Part shown: positions 1 to 10,700 of the stretch, in pieces
Layout: each line of letters begins with the position of its first letter
Numbering within the stretch: position 1 is the first letter of the stretch
Assembly (NCBI RefSeq): GCF_902713615.1
Contig: NC_052149.1
Location: 126,917,256 to 126,981,255, forward strand
From: Scyliorhinus canicula
Taxonomy: Eukaryota
Direction: 5' to 3'
DNA: 64,000 nt
Notes under the pieces: model-generated
Databases searched by the model: none
Seen by the model: only the letters and a program-made list of their open reading frames with translations
Told to the model about the DNA's origin: nothing
Made by a program: the position numbers and the translations under genes

Positions 1-142
1 GTGACTCCAGATCCGCAGCAATGTGTTGACTCTGAAATGCCCTCTGGAATGGCCGAGCAAGACACTCAGTTCAAGGGCAACTAGGGATGGGCAATAAATG
101 CTGGCCCAGCCAGAGATCACACATCACATCAAACAATAAAAA
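1..142 (+). mobile_element. 3' end of a SINE/CR1-like retroelement
   Basis: GTGACTCCAGA...GGGATGGGCAATAAATGCTGG...AATAAAAA tail; its first ~70 bp match the reverse complement of 12832-12885. Confidence 0.6.
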
Positions 143-752
143 TATCTCCAGGGATTTTCAGGAATATTGGATCAGGAATAAATATCGGACTGAACTCGAC
201 CCAACGAGAAAGTAACTGAGAGTCTCCCCAAAAGCCTGGAACACTGAAGCCACTGGATTGTGAGCCCTGCTGGACCTGTTTGTCATCAGAACTTTGCTAA
301 GAGATAAGCAGGGAGTGGAGAGAGCAGAGTTAAAGCTGGGGGAAGTGGGACCTCGGTGTCTCACTGTGCTGCTGCTGCTGCTGTGATCAGTTATATCAGA
401 GAGTGTGACAGGGAGCCAGAGCTCACATCAAACTCTGCTCGTGTCTGTCACACACAGACTGACAGGAGTCTAGTGAGTGATTTCACTCCATGGTCCAGGA
501 ATGTGAACACAGTCTGCAAATGTCCAGATCTCCTCTACACGGTGGGTAAAAGCTGCTTACTTATATCTTGCTGCTTAAAGGGGGGAATGGAACTAAAGAA
601 ATACAGCTGGGCACCCTGTTCTACACAGTGTTCTTCAATGAACCATTTCATTCACTGCAGCTCCCCACTAACACCTTCAACTATTCAGCATTTGTGTTTG
701 AGAAAGTTTCAGTATTGAAAGGGTTAATAACGGAGGATTGGGGTTTACTTAC

Positions 753-787
753 TCAGTCTGAGCTTGGTTCCTTTACCGAACGTAAGC
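753..787 (-). CDS. IGKJ: Ig kappa-type light chain J segment (LTFGKGTKLRL, FGxG motif)
   Basis: Minus strand G CTT ACG TTC GGT AAA GGA ACC AAG CTC AGA CTG A, then a GTAAGT donor (752-747); preceded by a 23-RSS. Confidence 0.95.
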
Positions 788-826
788 CACACTGACAGCT
801 TCCAGTGCAGGGGCTGTACAAAAACC
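788..826 (+). promoter_or_regulatory. J recombination signal sequence, 23-bp spacer
   Basis: Heptamer CACACTG 788-794 (1 mismatch to CACAGTG), 23-nt spacer 795-817, perfect nonamer ACAAAAACC 818-826. Confidence 0.95.
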
Positions 827-839
827 TCTGCTCTCTGCT

Positions 840-940
840 TCACTCACTCACTCTCACCCTCTCTCTGTCTCTCTCTGTCTCTCACTCACTCATGTCTTTC
901 TCTCTCACTCTTTCTCTCTCCCTGTTTCTCTCAATGTCTC
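840..940. repeat. (CT)n/(CTCA)n low-complexity tract in the V-J intervening DNA
   Basis: ctcactcactctcaccctctctctgtctctctctg... Confidence 0.8.
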
Positions 941-1173
941 TGTGTTTTGTTGGGAGACTTGAGAAGTCTAATTTTGAATGATAAATCCTTCAGCTGCTCT
1001 TCATACGTGGACATGGAGAATAAAAAACCTGAGGCCTTCAGTGACTGGAGTGTGTAGTGGACAGTGAAAATAATTTGTTCAGTTCCTTTTTTCTGTTTAA
1101 ATATAAAACTGTTTATATGTTATATAAAACTGTGGGTCGTGGTCTGGAGACGAGGTGGGGCTGTGTGTATTGG

Positions 1174-1201
1174 GGTTTTTGTAAGGCTCTGTATCACTGT
1201 G
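1174..1201 (-). promoter_or_regulatory. V recombination signal sequence, 12-bp spacer (kappa-type 12/23 arrangement)
   Basis: Minus strand CACAGTG (1201-1195) ATACAGAGCCTT (12 nt) ACAAAAACC (1182-1174); heptamer and nonamer are both consensus. Confidence 0.97.
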
Positions 1202-1502
1202 TGAGGCAGGCTCTCACTTTGCTGACAGTAATAATCAGCGACATCCTCATTCTGCACATTGCTGATTGTCAGGGTGAACCTTGTACTGGACAGTTCTCTG
1301 CCGGTGAATCGGTCGGATATTCCTGTGAATCGAGTTGTTGCATCATAGATCAGCAGAGCCGGTTTTTGACCTTCTCGCTGTTGGAACCATTCAACATCAC
1401 TACTAGCAGATTGACTGGCCGTACAGGTGATGGTCGCGGTCTGGCCCAGGCTCACTGACAGCACCGGGGGAGACTGGGTCATGATGATGTCTCCACTGAT
1501 AC
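1202..1502 (-). CDS. IGKV: Ig kappa-type V exon (L2 + V region), open and apparently functional
   Basis: AG acceptor at 1504-1503; (G)[52 protein letters not shown]...[14 protein letters not shown], with conserved Cys/Trp/Cys and no stops, directly followed by the RSS. Confidence 0.96.
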
Positions 1503-1688
1503 CTGAGGGGTAATAGAGAAACAGAGTGAAGTAAGAACTGTCACAGAAAGAGCCTGTACAATGAGATATTGTTGGAGACACTGACTGTTCCTCTGCTTTC
1601 AGCATTTTCCCTTCAATCACAAGTCAGTAGAATTGGATTGAAATGGAGAGCAGGAAAATATTCAAGGTGGAAGGAGAGAGATTTGTAC

Positions 1689-1737
1689 CTGCGATGCAGA
1701 ATGCCAGAGGCCAGATCAGCTGGATGGCTGAAATCAT
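1689..1737 (-). CDS. IGKV: Ig light-chain leader exon (MISAIQLIWPLAFCIA+G)
   Basis: ATG at 1737; 49 nt ending phase 1 at a GT donor (1688-1687); a 186-bp intron joins it in frame to the V exon; hydrophobic signal peptide. Confidence 0.93.
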
Positions 1738-1797
1738 GGTGTCTGCTCCTGTCCCTGTGCTTGGTTACTGATAAACTCTCCCTTCACTGGGCTCTGC

Positions 1798-1851
1798 TTT
1801 ATAAAGCTGCAGCCTGTGAGAGTCTGACAGCCCGTTCCTCAGTATGTAAAT
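1798..1851 (-). promoter_or_regulatory. V promoter: TATA-like TTTATAAA (1798-1805) and variant octamer ATTTACAT (1851-1844)
   Basis: Positions ~65 and ~110 bp upstream of the ATG fit IgL promoter architecture; octamer is 7/8 match to ATTTGCAT. Confidence 0.7.
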
Positions 1852-1869
1852 GGTATGAGGCAGAGACAC

Positions 1870-2145
1870 CACGTCAGCACCTTCACTTCCTCTTCTTCTC
1901 TCACTCACTACTCACTACTACTCAGTATCAGTCCCTTATTTTCTGCCTCTCCCCCTCTCCCCCTCTCTCTGTGTCTCTCTGTCTTGTTCTTCCAGTCTCA
2001 CTGTATCTGCTTGCTCTCCCCCTCTCTCTCCCTCCATTGATACCTGTCCCTCAGACTCTCTCTCTATCTCTCTCTCTTTCACCCTGATTTTATCTCTCTT
2101 TCTCCCTCACTTTATTTCTCTATTTGTTCCTCTGTGTTTTCATCT
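1870..2145. repeat. Pyrimidine-rich (CT)n low-complexity tract upstream of the V promoter
   Basis: Visible CT/CTCA repeats. Confidence 0.75.
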
Positions 2146-2460
2146 CCCTCTACCTGAGAGGAGGTAACAATCTCATTCACTCTATTAGTCCCCTCAGGAT
2201 AACTTCATTGAAGATCATGTCTCGTTCTTCTGAACTTTGATCGTTGTACAGCTGCAGTAAAATGTCCCTTTTTTATTTTCTGTTCCTCTTATAATAAACA
2301 CCAACATTCCATTTCCCTTCCTGATCACTTGCTGGACCTGCAGACTAACGTGATCTGTAGTTGCAGCTTGCCAACGCATAACAAAGCATTTATCCCCACT
2401 CCCTTATTTCTGTTAAACAACATCCATATTCAGATATTACACTGTATACCATGGGACCAT

Positions 2461-2575
2461 GGGCGGGATTCTCCAGCCACACCCACCCGGTGACTGGACA
2501 TTCCGCCCGAGGTCAAAGGACCTTTACATGGTCCGCGTCCCACCCGTGACTACCTTGCAGCGAAGAATCCATCCC
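2461..2575. mobile_element. PIF/Harbinger-type MITE
   Basis: TIRs GGGCGGGATTCTCC / GAAGAATCCATCCC; 3-bp TSD CAT (2458-2460, 2576-2578). Confidence 0.7.
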
Positions 2576-2753
2576 CATATCTTGTACAGTAACATTTTGT
2601 GTGGCACCTGACCAAATACCTTTTGGAATTCCGTGTACATCACATCAACAGCTTCCCCTTTTTCCACCTTCTGACTTCCTCAAAGATGGATGAGCTCAAG
2701 CGAGAGCACAACAGGCCGAAGATTCGCACCCCAAGTGCCATTCCAGAACACCC

Positions 2754-3137
2754 CTGACCTCACTGACCTGGTAATTCTGACCTCACTGATCTGTTACCCC
2801 TGACCTCACTGCCCTGTTACCCCTGACCTCAGTGACCTGTTATCCCTGACCTCACTGACCTGTTAATTCTGACCTTACTGACCTGTTACCCCTGACCTCA
2901 CTGACCTTTTACCCCTGACCTCACTGACCTGTTAATTCTGACCTCACTGACGTGTTAATTCTGACCTCAATGACCTGTTAATTCTGACCTCACTGACCTG
3001 TTAATTCTGACCTCACTGACCTGTTGTCCCCTACATCACTTATCTGTTAGCCCTGATCTCATTGACCTGTTACCTTTGAACTCACTGATCTATTGCCCCT
3101 AACCTCACTGACCTCTTACCCCTGACCTCACTGACCT
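2754..3137. repeat. 23-bp minisatellite, 17 units of (C)TGACCTCACTGACCTGTTA(CCC/ATT)
   Basis: Units counted directly; each carries two TGACCT hexamers 3 bp apart. Confidence 0.9.
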
Positions 3138-3619
3138 CCAATTCCCTCCATGGCCTCACTCCTCCCTACCTCTGTGTCCTGCTGCAGACTCACATTCCCT
3201 CCCTCACCCTTCCATCCTCTGACTCTGGTCTCCTGCCCATCGCTACTTCCTTCATCCCACCATTGACAGCAGAGCCTTCAGGTGCCTAGGGCCTGCTCTC
3301 TGAACTCTCACCCTTAAACCCTCCCCCTCTCCAGGTCACTCCACTCCATCAAACTCCATCCTTCAATCCAAGCCTTCGATTAATCTTCCTTAAATAACCC
3401 CAACTCCCCCGCTCCTCTTACTGCCGCTCTGTGTAACATCCTGGGATGTTTTGTACATTAAGGCACTATTTAAATTCATTTTGTGTGGGGATTTTGTTTG
3501 GGGACAGAATTAGACAAAGTGGTGATGGCTCCTTCAGTCAAATATCCTGATGAAAGGGTCCAAACTGCCCCAAACAGAATGGTAAAATCCCAGGATGTTA
3601 ATAATGGGGGATTCAATGA

Positions 3620-5385
3620 TGGGACACCATTCATTGAATGTCAAGAGGCAATGGTTGGATTCTCTCTTGTTGGAGATGGACATTGCCTGGCACTTCTGTG
3701 GTGTTAATGTTACTTACCACTTGTCAAATCAACTCTGGATACTGTCCAGTCTTGCTGCACTTGGACAAGGACCGCTTCATTATCTGAGGAGTCGTGAATG
3801 GTGCTGAACATTGTGCAGTCATCCGCAAACATCCCCACTTCTGACCTTATGATGGAAGGGAGGACGTTGATGAAGCAGCTGAAGATGGTTGGGCCTTGGA
3901 CACTACCCTGAGCAACTCCTGCAGTTATGTCCTGAAGCTGAGATGATTGACCTCCAACTACAGCAACCATCTTCCTTTGTGCCGTGTATGAGACCAACCA
4001 GCGGATGGTTTTGCCCCCAATTCTCATTGACTCCAGTTTAGCTTGGGATCCTTGATGCCACACTCGGTCAAATGCTGCCTTGCTAGGGGGGCAGCAAGTT
4101 CTGGAGCACAAGTCTTCAATATTATTGCTGGAATATTGTCAGGGCCTATAGGCTTTGAGTATCCAGTGCCTTCAGCCATTTATTAATATCACGTGGAGTG
4201 AATCGTATTGGCTGAAGACTGACATCTGTGATATGGAGACCTCAGGAGGAGACCGAGATGGATCATCCACTCGGCCCTTCTGGCTGAAGATGGATGTGAA
4301 TGCTTCCGCCTTGTCTTTAGTACGAATGCACTGGGTTCTTCCATCATTGAGGATGAGGATATTTGTGGAGCCTCCTCCTCCAGTGAGTTGTTTCATTGTC
4401 CATCATCATTCACAGCTGGATGTGGTAGGACTGCAGAGCTTAGATCTTATCCATTGGTTGTGGGATCGTTTAGCTCTGTCTGTCACTTGCTGAAAGTGCT
4501 GTTTGATACACAAGTAGTCCTGTGTTGTAATGCACCAGATTGCCTGGTGTTGTTCCTGGCGTGCTCTCCTGCACTCTTCATTAAACCAGGGTTGCACCCC
4601 TGGCTCAGTGATAATGGTAGAGTGGGAGATATGCAGAGTCATGAGGTTGCAGATGGTGGTTCAGTACAATTCTGCTGCTGCTGCTGACCCACACCACCTC
4701 ATGGATGCCCAGTATTGAGTTACTAGATCTGTTCTGAATCTATCCCATTTAGCACTGTGGTAGTGCCACACAACAGAATAGAGTGTGTCCTCAATATGAA
4801 GATGGATCTTTGTCTCCACAAGGACTGTGTGGTGGTCACTCCTACCGATACTGTCATGGACAGATGTGTCTGTGGAATGTAGATTGTTGAGGATGAGGCC
4901 AAGTATGTTTGTCCCTCTTGTTGGTTCCCTCACCACCTGCTGCAGTCCCAGTCAAGCAGCTATGTCCTTTAGGACTCCGGCCAGCTCGGTCTGTGGTGGT
5001 ACTACTGAGCCACTCTTGGTGACGGACATTGAAGGTCCCCACTCAGAGTATAATCTGCACCCATGCCACCCTCAGTGCTTCCTCCAAGTGGTGTTCAACA
5101 TTGTGGTGCTGTCTCATAAACTGAGGGAGATGTGGGGTATGGTAATCATATTTAACACATGTTTAACCTGACACCATGAGACTACATGGGGTCCAGATTC
5201 GATGTTGAGGATTCCCAGGGCACCTCCTCCCGACAGTATACCACTTTGCCCCCACCTCTGCTGGGTCTGTCCTGCTGGTGAGACAGGACATACCCAGGGA
5301 ATGGTGATATTGTCTGGGACATTGGCTGCAATTCTCCAGCCTCTTTGCGCTCTCGTTCAAACAAGGCCGGTGAATAGCGGGAGAG
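3620..5385 (-). mobile_element. Degraded CR1-like LINE (APE endonuclease + reverse transcriptase fragments)
   Basis: ORF fragments ...GVAQGSVQGPTIFSCFINVLPSIIRSEVGMFADDCTMF (RT) and PGYVLSHQQDRPSRGGG (EN). Confidence 0.85.
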
Positions 5386-5387
5386 GA

Positions 5388-5865
5388 CAAAAATGAGATC
5401 CGTGCTAGGTGCCAAACAGTTTGCAATGTAACCGGCCGCTCCCATAGGCCAAATCAGGATCTCGCCGTAGCGCGGCAAGAAACCAATTATCACCACGTAA
5501 GCCCCATTTCCATACAATTTTTTTTTTTAAATTTAGTGTACCCAATTCATTTTTTCCAATGAAGGGGCAATTTAGCATGGCCAATCCACCTACCCTGCAC
5601 ATCTTTGGGTTGTGGGGGTGAAACCCACGCACACACGGGGAGAATGTGCAAACTCCACATGGACAGTGACCCAGAGCCGGGATCGAACCTGGGACCTCGG
5701 CGCCGTGAGGCTGCAGTGCTAACTCACTGCGCCACCGTGCTGCCCCATTTCCACACAATTAACGGGAGCGACCCCATATCCAACGGCCTCCTGTCATTCA
5801 GCCGCGTCCCCAGTAAGTGGTCACGCTGACGCCGATTAGTACTCCATTTAAAAAGGTAAACCTGG
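5388..5865. mobile_element. Harbinger-like element, left part (continues at 11778-12615 after the L1 insertion)
   Basis: Sequence resumes across the TSDs of two insertions; right portion carries Myb-gene-like coding remnants and a terminal GGAGAATTGAGCGC. Confidence 0.55.
5520..5746 (-). mobile_element. tRNA-derived (HE1-like) SINE with poly(A) tail and long TSD
   Basis: Head GGGGCAGCACGGTGGCGCAGTGAG, B box GGTTCGATCCC, A-tail; TSD ATTTCCA(T/C)ACAATT at 5506-5519 and 5747-5760. Confidence 0.9.
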
Positions 5866-6335
5866 ACTTCCGGTGGCGGCGATGCCTGAGTGAGCCGCAC
5901 ATTCGGCGGGCTCTCACTCCGGCGGGGCTTTGGAGCTGATTCCCCGCGATAGCGGGACCACGGGGGGGAAAAAGGCTGCCACGAAAGAGCAGGAGAGCGG
6001 GCTGACATCGATGGAACCGTGGGAGGCCAGCAGGTAGGGGAAGAGAGAGAGAGAGAGACACGGAGGCAAGGAGCAGAGGAAACTGACCTGCAACGTAAGA
6101 TAGCGGACCCACGGACCTTCCTTCCTCCAGGAGAAGAAAAGAAGTTTTGGAGTCGCTTGGACCCACTTCAGAGGCCCAGAAGGTAAAATTTAAGGAGCTG
6201 GGAGAAGGAAGGCGGCAGCGAAAGTGCTGAGGAGCGGGCTGCGGCACATGGAACAGCGAGAGTCCAGAAGGCAGAAGAAGAAGGAGAAAAAGGGACAGAG
6301 ACAAGGAACTGAAGAAAATTACCTGGGACCTAAGA

Positions 6336-7110
6336 TGGCGGACACACGGACCCCGGACTTAGCAATCCAGCAGGCGCTGGATAACATGCTCCAGGTAATG
6401 AAGTCCAGTTTTGAAGCGCTGAAGCGGGACAGCTTGGACCCAATCCAGAAAGCGGTGGATCAGCTGAACCAGAGGCTGGACGCCCAGGATGTTAAAGTTA
6501 AGGAGCTGGGAGAGGCGGTGGAGGAGCAGGCGGATGCTAGAAGTTGATGGCCTGAAAGAGCGGCAGAGAAGACTGCTGGACAGAGTGGAGGAACTGGAGA
6601 ATAGAGTCCGCAGGAACAATCTGAGGATGGTCGGCCTCCCGGAGGGGGCTGAGGGAGCTGATGCTGCAGCGTTTGTAGCAGACCTGCTTAAGCAGCTGAT
6701 GGGGGCCGAAGCCTTTCCGCGACCGCCGGAGCTGGAGGGGGCACACAGTGCAGGCAAGGCAGGGGCGGCCGGGCGGACCCCCCCACCCGATGGTAATTAG
6801 GTTCCACAGGTTCGTGGACAAGGAGCGGGTGCTGCAGTGGGCAAAGAGCGCCAGGAGCAGCACGTGGAACAACAGTGTTCTCCGCATTTATCAGGACCTA
6901 AGCCAGGAGGTGGCTCGGCGGCGAGCAGCCTTTAAGAATGTCAAGGAGGTGCTGTTCAAGAAGCACGTGAAGTTTGGTCTGCTGTTCCCAGCCCGGCTAT
7001 GGGTCACGCACCAGGGTCAACACCACTACTTCTCCGAGCCCGAAGAAGCGATGGATTTTGTGAGGGACCTGGGGCTGGTCCCAAAAGGAGGCCCCAAGGA
7101 GGCGAATTAG
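6336..7110 (+). pseudogene. L1 ORF1p (coiled coil + RRM + CTD), frameshifted
   Basis: LENRVRRNNLRMVGLPE, VIRFHRF, IYQDLS, FGLLFPARLWV motifs spread over three frames. Confidence 0.9.
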
Positions 7111-7777
7111 GGCCCGAGGATTACTGTGGGAAGGAACGCCGAATGTGCCTGGACTGCTGCTCAACGGGTTGCTGGGTCAAAGGGGCCAAGCGGAACATTT
7201 GGGACTCTTTTTCCTTTGTTCATGGACATTGGTTTGGGGGGTTAACCCCCCCCCCCCCCCCTTTCCTTTTTTTTGGGTTTTTTTTGTGGTCTGTCGTGTT
7301 TCTTATGGGTTTATTTTTGTGCTTTTTCCTCTTTTTTCTGTTTTTTTTTTTCTGTTTGGGCTAATTTGTACTTTTTGTGCAGCTCGCGGAGGACACTGGA
7401 GCCGGCTTGCCCTAGTGGGTGGGAGAGGGGGATGGGGCGCCGGGGAGTGGGGAGGAGGACGGGGAAACAATGGGAATGAGACAGGAAGGCGCCGGAGTGT
7501 TGAGTCACTGGGCTAGCAGATTGGCTAGTCAAGGGAGTCAGGTGGGGGGGGAAGTCACAGCCAGTAGATGGCAGGGGTGGGCGTATCGGGGGATGGAGTG
7601 GGGGGGGTTGTTCTGCTGACGGGGGAGGGACTTGAAATAGGCACTGGAAAGGAGGTCGAGGGTGGAGGCAGCCAAAGGGCGGGCCAGGAATGGCGCGACG
7701 CACGGGCCAGGGGCCGGCCCGAGAAAGGCTATGGCTGACCGGCGGGGTGGGGGGGGGGGGGGGGGGGTGGGGGTGGG

Positions 7778-10700
7778 ATGTGCCCCCCGACCAGGCTGAT
7801 CACCTGGAACGTCAAGGGACTGAATGGGCCGGTTAAGAGGGCGCCGGTGTTCGCGCACTTGCGGGCCCTGAGGGCGGACGTAATTATGTTGCAGGAGACA
7901 CATCTGAAAGTGTCGGACCAGACCAGGCTAAGGAAGGGCTGGATTAGCCAGGTCTTCCACTCGGACTTGGACTCGAAGTCCAGAGGGGTGGTAATCATGA
8001 TCAACAAACGGGTGCAATTTGAGGCAGAGGGCATATCCGCAGACAGGGGGGGCAGATACCTGATGGTACGGGGCAGACTGGAGGGGAGAAGAGTGGTGCT
8101 GGTGAATATATATGCCCCGAACTGGGATGACGTGGACTTCATTAAAAGAGTGCTGGGGAAGATCTGGACCTGGATTCTCGCAGGCTAATAATGGGGGGGG
8201 GGGACTTTAACATGGTCCTTGACCCGCCTTTGGATCGGTCATGTCCCAGAACGGGTAGGCTCTCAGCAATGGCAAGGGAGCTGAAAGGGATTATGGAGCA
8301 AATGGGGGCAGTGGACCCCTGAAGAGCCAGACAGCCGACAGGAAGGGGCTACTCGTTTTACCCGCACGTCCATAAAGTATATTCTAGGGTAGATTTCTTT
8401 GTACTAAGCAGGGATTGTATAGGGGAGGTAAAGAACACAGAATATTCAGCAATTACTATCTCAGACCATGCCCCGCACTGGGTAGACCTGCAGATCGGGG
8501 GAGTGAGCTATTAACGCCCACAATGGAGGCTAGATGTGGGACTGCTGTCGGAGGAGGGGATCTGCGAGAGGCTTCAGAGGTGTATGCAAAATTACCTGCA
8601 GGTGAATGACACGGGGGAGGTCTCAGCGGCGACCTTGTGGGAGGCGCTAAAGGCAGTAGTGCGGGGGGAGCTGATTTCAATTGGGGCCCACAGAGCCAAG
8701 GCAGACCGGGCAGAGATGGATAGATTGGTCAGGGAAATGGGTCGGATAGATGAAGAGCACGCGGAGTCCCCGGGGGAGGTTTTACTCAGGGAGAGGCAGA
8801 GTACAGGCGGAACTGGGGGCACTATCCACGAGTAGGGCCGTGGAACAGCTTAGGAAGGCGAGGGGAGTGGTGTACGAGCATGGGGAAAAGGCTAGCAGAC
8901 TGTTAGCGCAGCAACTCAGGAGGAGGGAGGCGGCCAGGGAAATAGGTAGAGTGAGGGACGAGGGGGGGGGGCGCAAAGTGGAGGACCCGGCAGGATTGAA
9001 TAAGGTATTCCGGGACTTCTATCGCAAGCTGTATACTTCGGAGCCGCCAGAAGAACCGGAGGGGATGAAAAGGTTTCTGGACGGGTTAACATTCCCAACA
9101 GTTGGGGGGGGGGGGGGGGGGGGGGGGGCGAGTGGAAGAGCTGGAGGCCCCGATTAGAGTAGAGGAGGTATTGGGGGGCCTTAAGGCTATGCAGTCGGGG
9201 AAGTCCCCGGGGCCGGATGGATACCCAGTAGAGTTTTATAGGAAGTTCTCTGAGCTGGTGGGCCAGGTCTTGGCGAGGGTTTTCAATGAGGCAAGGGACA
9301 GAGGGACCCTGCCGCCGACAATGTCACAAGCCACTATATCTCTGATATTGAAGCGAGGTAAAGACCCGGAGGCGTGCGGGTCCTACAGGCCAATCTCCCT
9401 GATTAATGTAGACGCCAAGCTCCTGGCAAAGGTACTGGCGGGTAGAAGGGAGGACTGTGTACCGGAGGTGATTGGGGAGGATCAAACGGGGTTCGTGAAA
9501 GGTAGGCAGCTGCCGGCCAACCTGAGAAGATTACTTAATGTGATAATGATGCCCCCAGTGGGTAGGGAGGTGGAGGTAGTGGTGGCAATGGACGCCGAGA
9601 AGGCCTTTGACCGCGTGGAGTGGGACTATCTATGGGAGGTGCTCGGACGGTTTGGGTTCAGGGAGGGATTGGTGGATTGGATCAAATTATTATATCAGGC
9701 CCCGAGGGCCAGCGTCAGGACCAACAGAGAGGTGTCGGAATACTTTAGGCTGTACCGAGGGACCAGACAGGGCTGCCCGCTCTCCCCGCTGCTGTTTGCG
9801 CTGGCCATAGAGCCGCTGGCGATTGCGCTGAGAGCCGCAGAGGGTTGGAAGGGGATGGTGAGGGGCGGGGTTGAACATAGGGTTTCTCTTTATGCAGACG
9901 ACCTGCTCCTGTACGTGTCGGACCCAGTGGCCGGGATGGGAACTATACTGGGAATGCTGAGGAAGTTCGGCCAGTTCTCAGGATACAAATTAAATACGGT
10001 CAAGAGTGAAATGTTTGTGGTCCAGGCAAGGGGCCTGGAGAACAGATTGAGAGGGCTACCGTTTAGGGTGGTTGAGGAAAATTTCCGGTATTTGGGAATC
10101 CAGGTGGCACGAGACTGGGGCAGGCTGCACAAGTTAAATTTGGCCAGGGTGGTAGAGCAAATGAAGGCAGAGTTTCGGAGATGGGATGCACTCCCGCTGT
10201 CGCTGGCAGGGAGGGTGCAGACTGTAAAGATGACAATCCTCCCTCGATTTCTATTTATTTTTCAGTGCCTCCCGATCTTTATCCCACAGTCCTTCTTCAA
10301 AAGAGTTAACGGGCTGATCATGAGCTTTGTCTGGGCGGGTGAAGAAGGGTGAAGAAGGCGATGTTGGAGAGGAACCGCAGCGAGGGAGGGCTGGCTTTGC
10401 CGAGTCTGATTAATTATTACTAGGCGGCCAACATCGCTATGATAAGGAAGTGGATGGTGGGTACGGGGTCTATTTGGGAGCGGGTGGAGGCGGCTTCGTG
10501 CAGGGGCTCCAGCTTGGAAGCCCTGGTCACGGCTCCTCTACCGCTGCCGCCGGCCAAGTACACCACCAGCCCGGTAGTGGTGGCGACCCTGCAGATATGG
10601 GGCCAGTGGAGGAGGCAGGTAGGGGAGGTGGGGGCGTCTGACTGGGTGCCAATCTGCGACAACCATCGGTTTGCCCCCGGGAGTATGGATGGGGGGTTCC

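Noticed and set aside
151-368. kappa-B-like site (GGGATTTTCA) and lone CACTGTG in the J-C intron
   Set aside because: Imperfect single motifs with no nonamer or supporting enhancer cluster; not distinguishable from background
1120-1620. ORF-track start MIEGKMLK... as the V protein N-terminus
   Set aside because: It reads through the intron; the real start is the leader exon at 1737
3483-3592. CTGATGA as a second hammerhead
   Set aside because: No stem II-GAAA-stem III continuation
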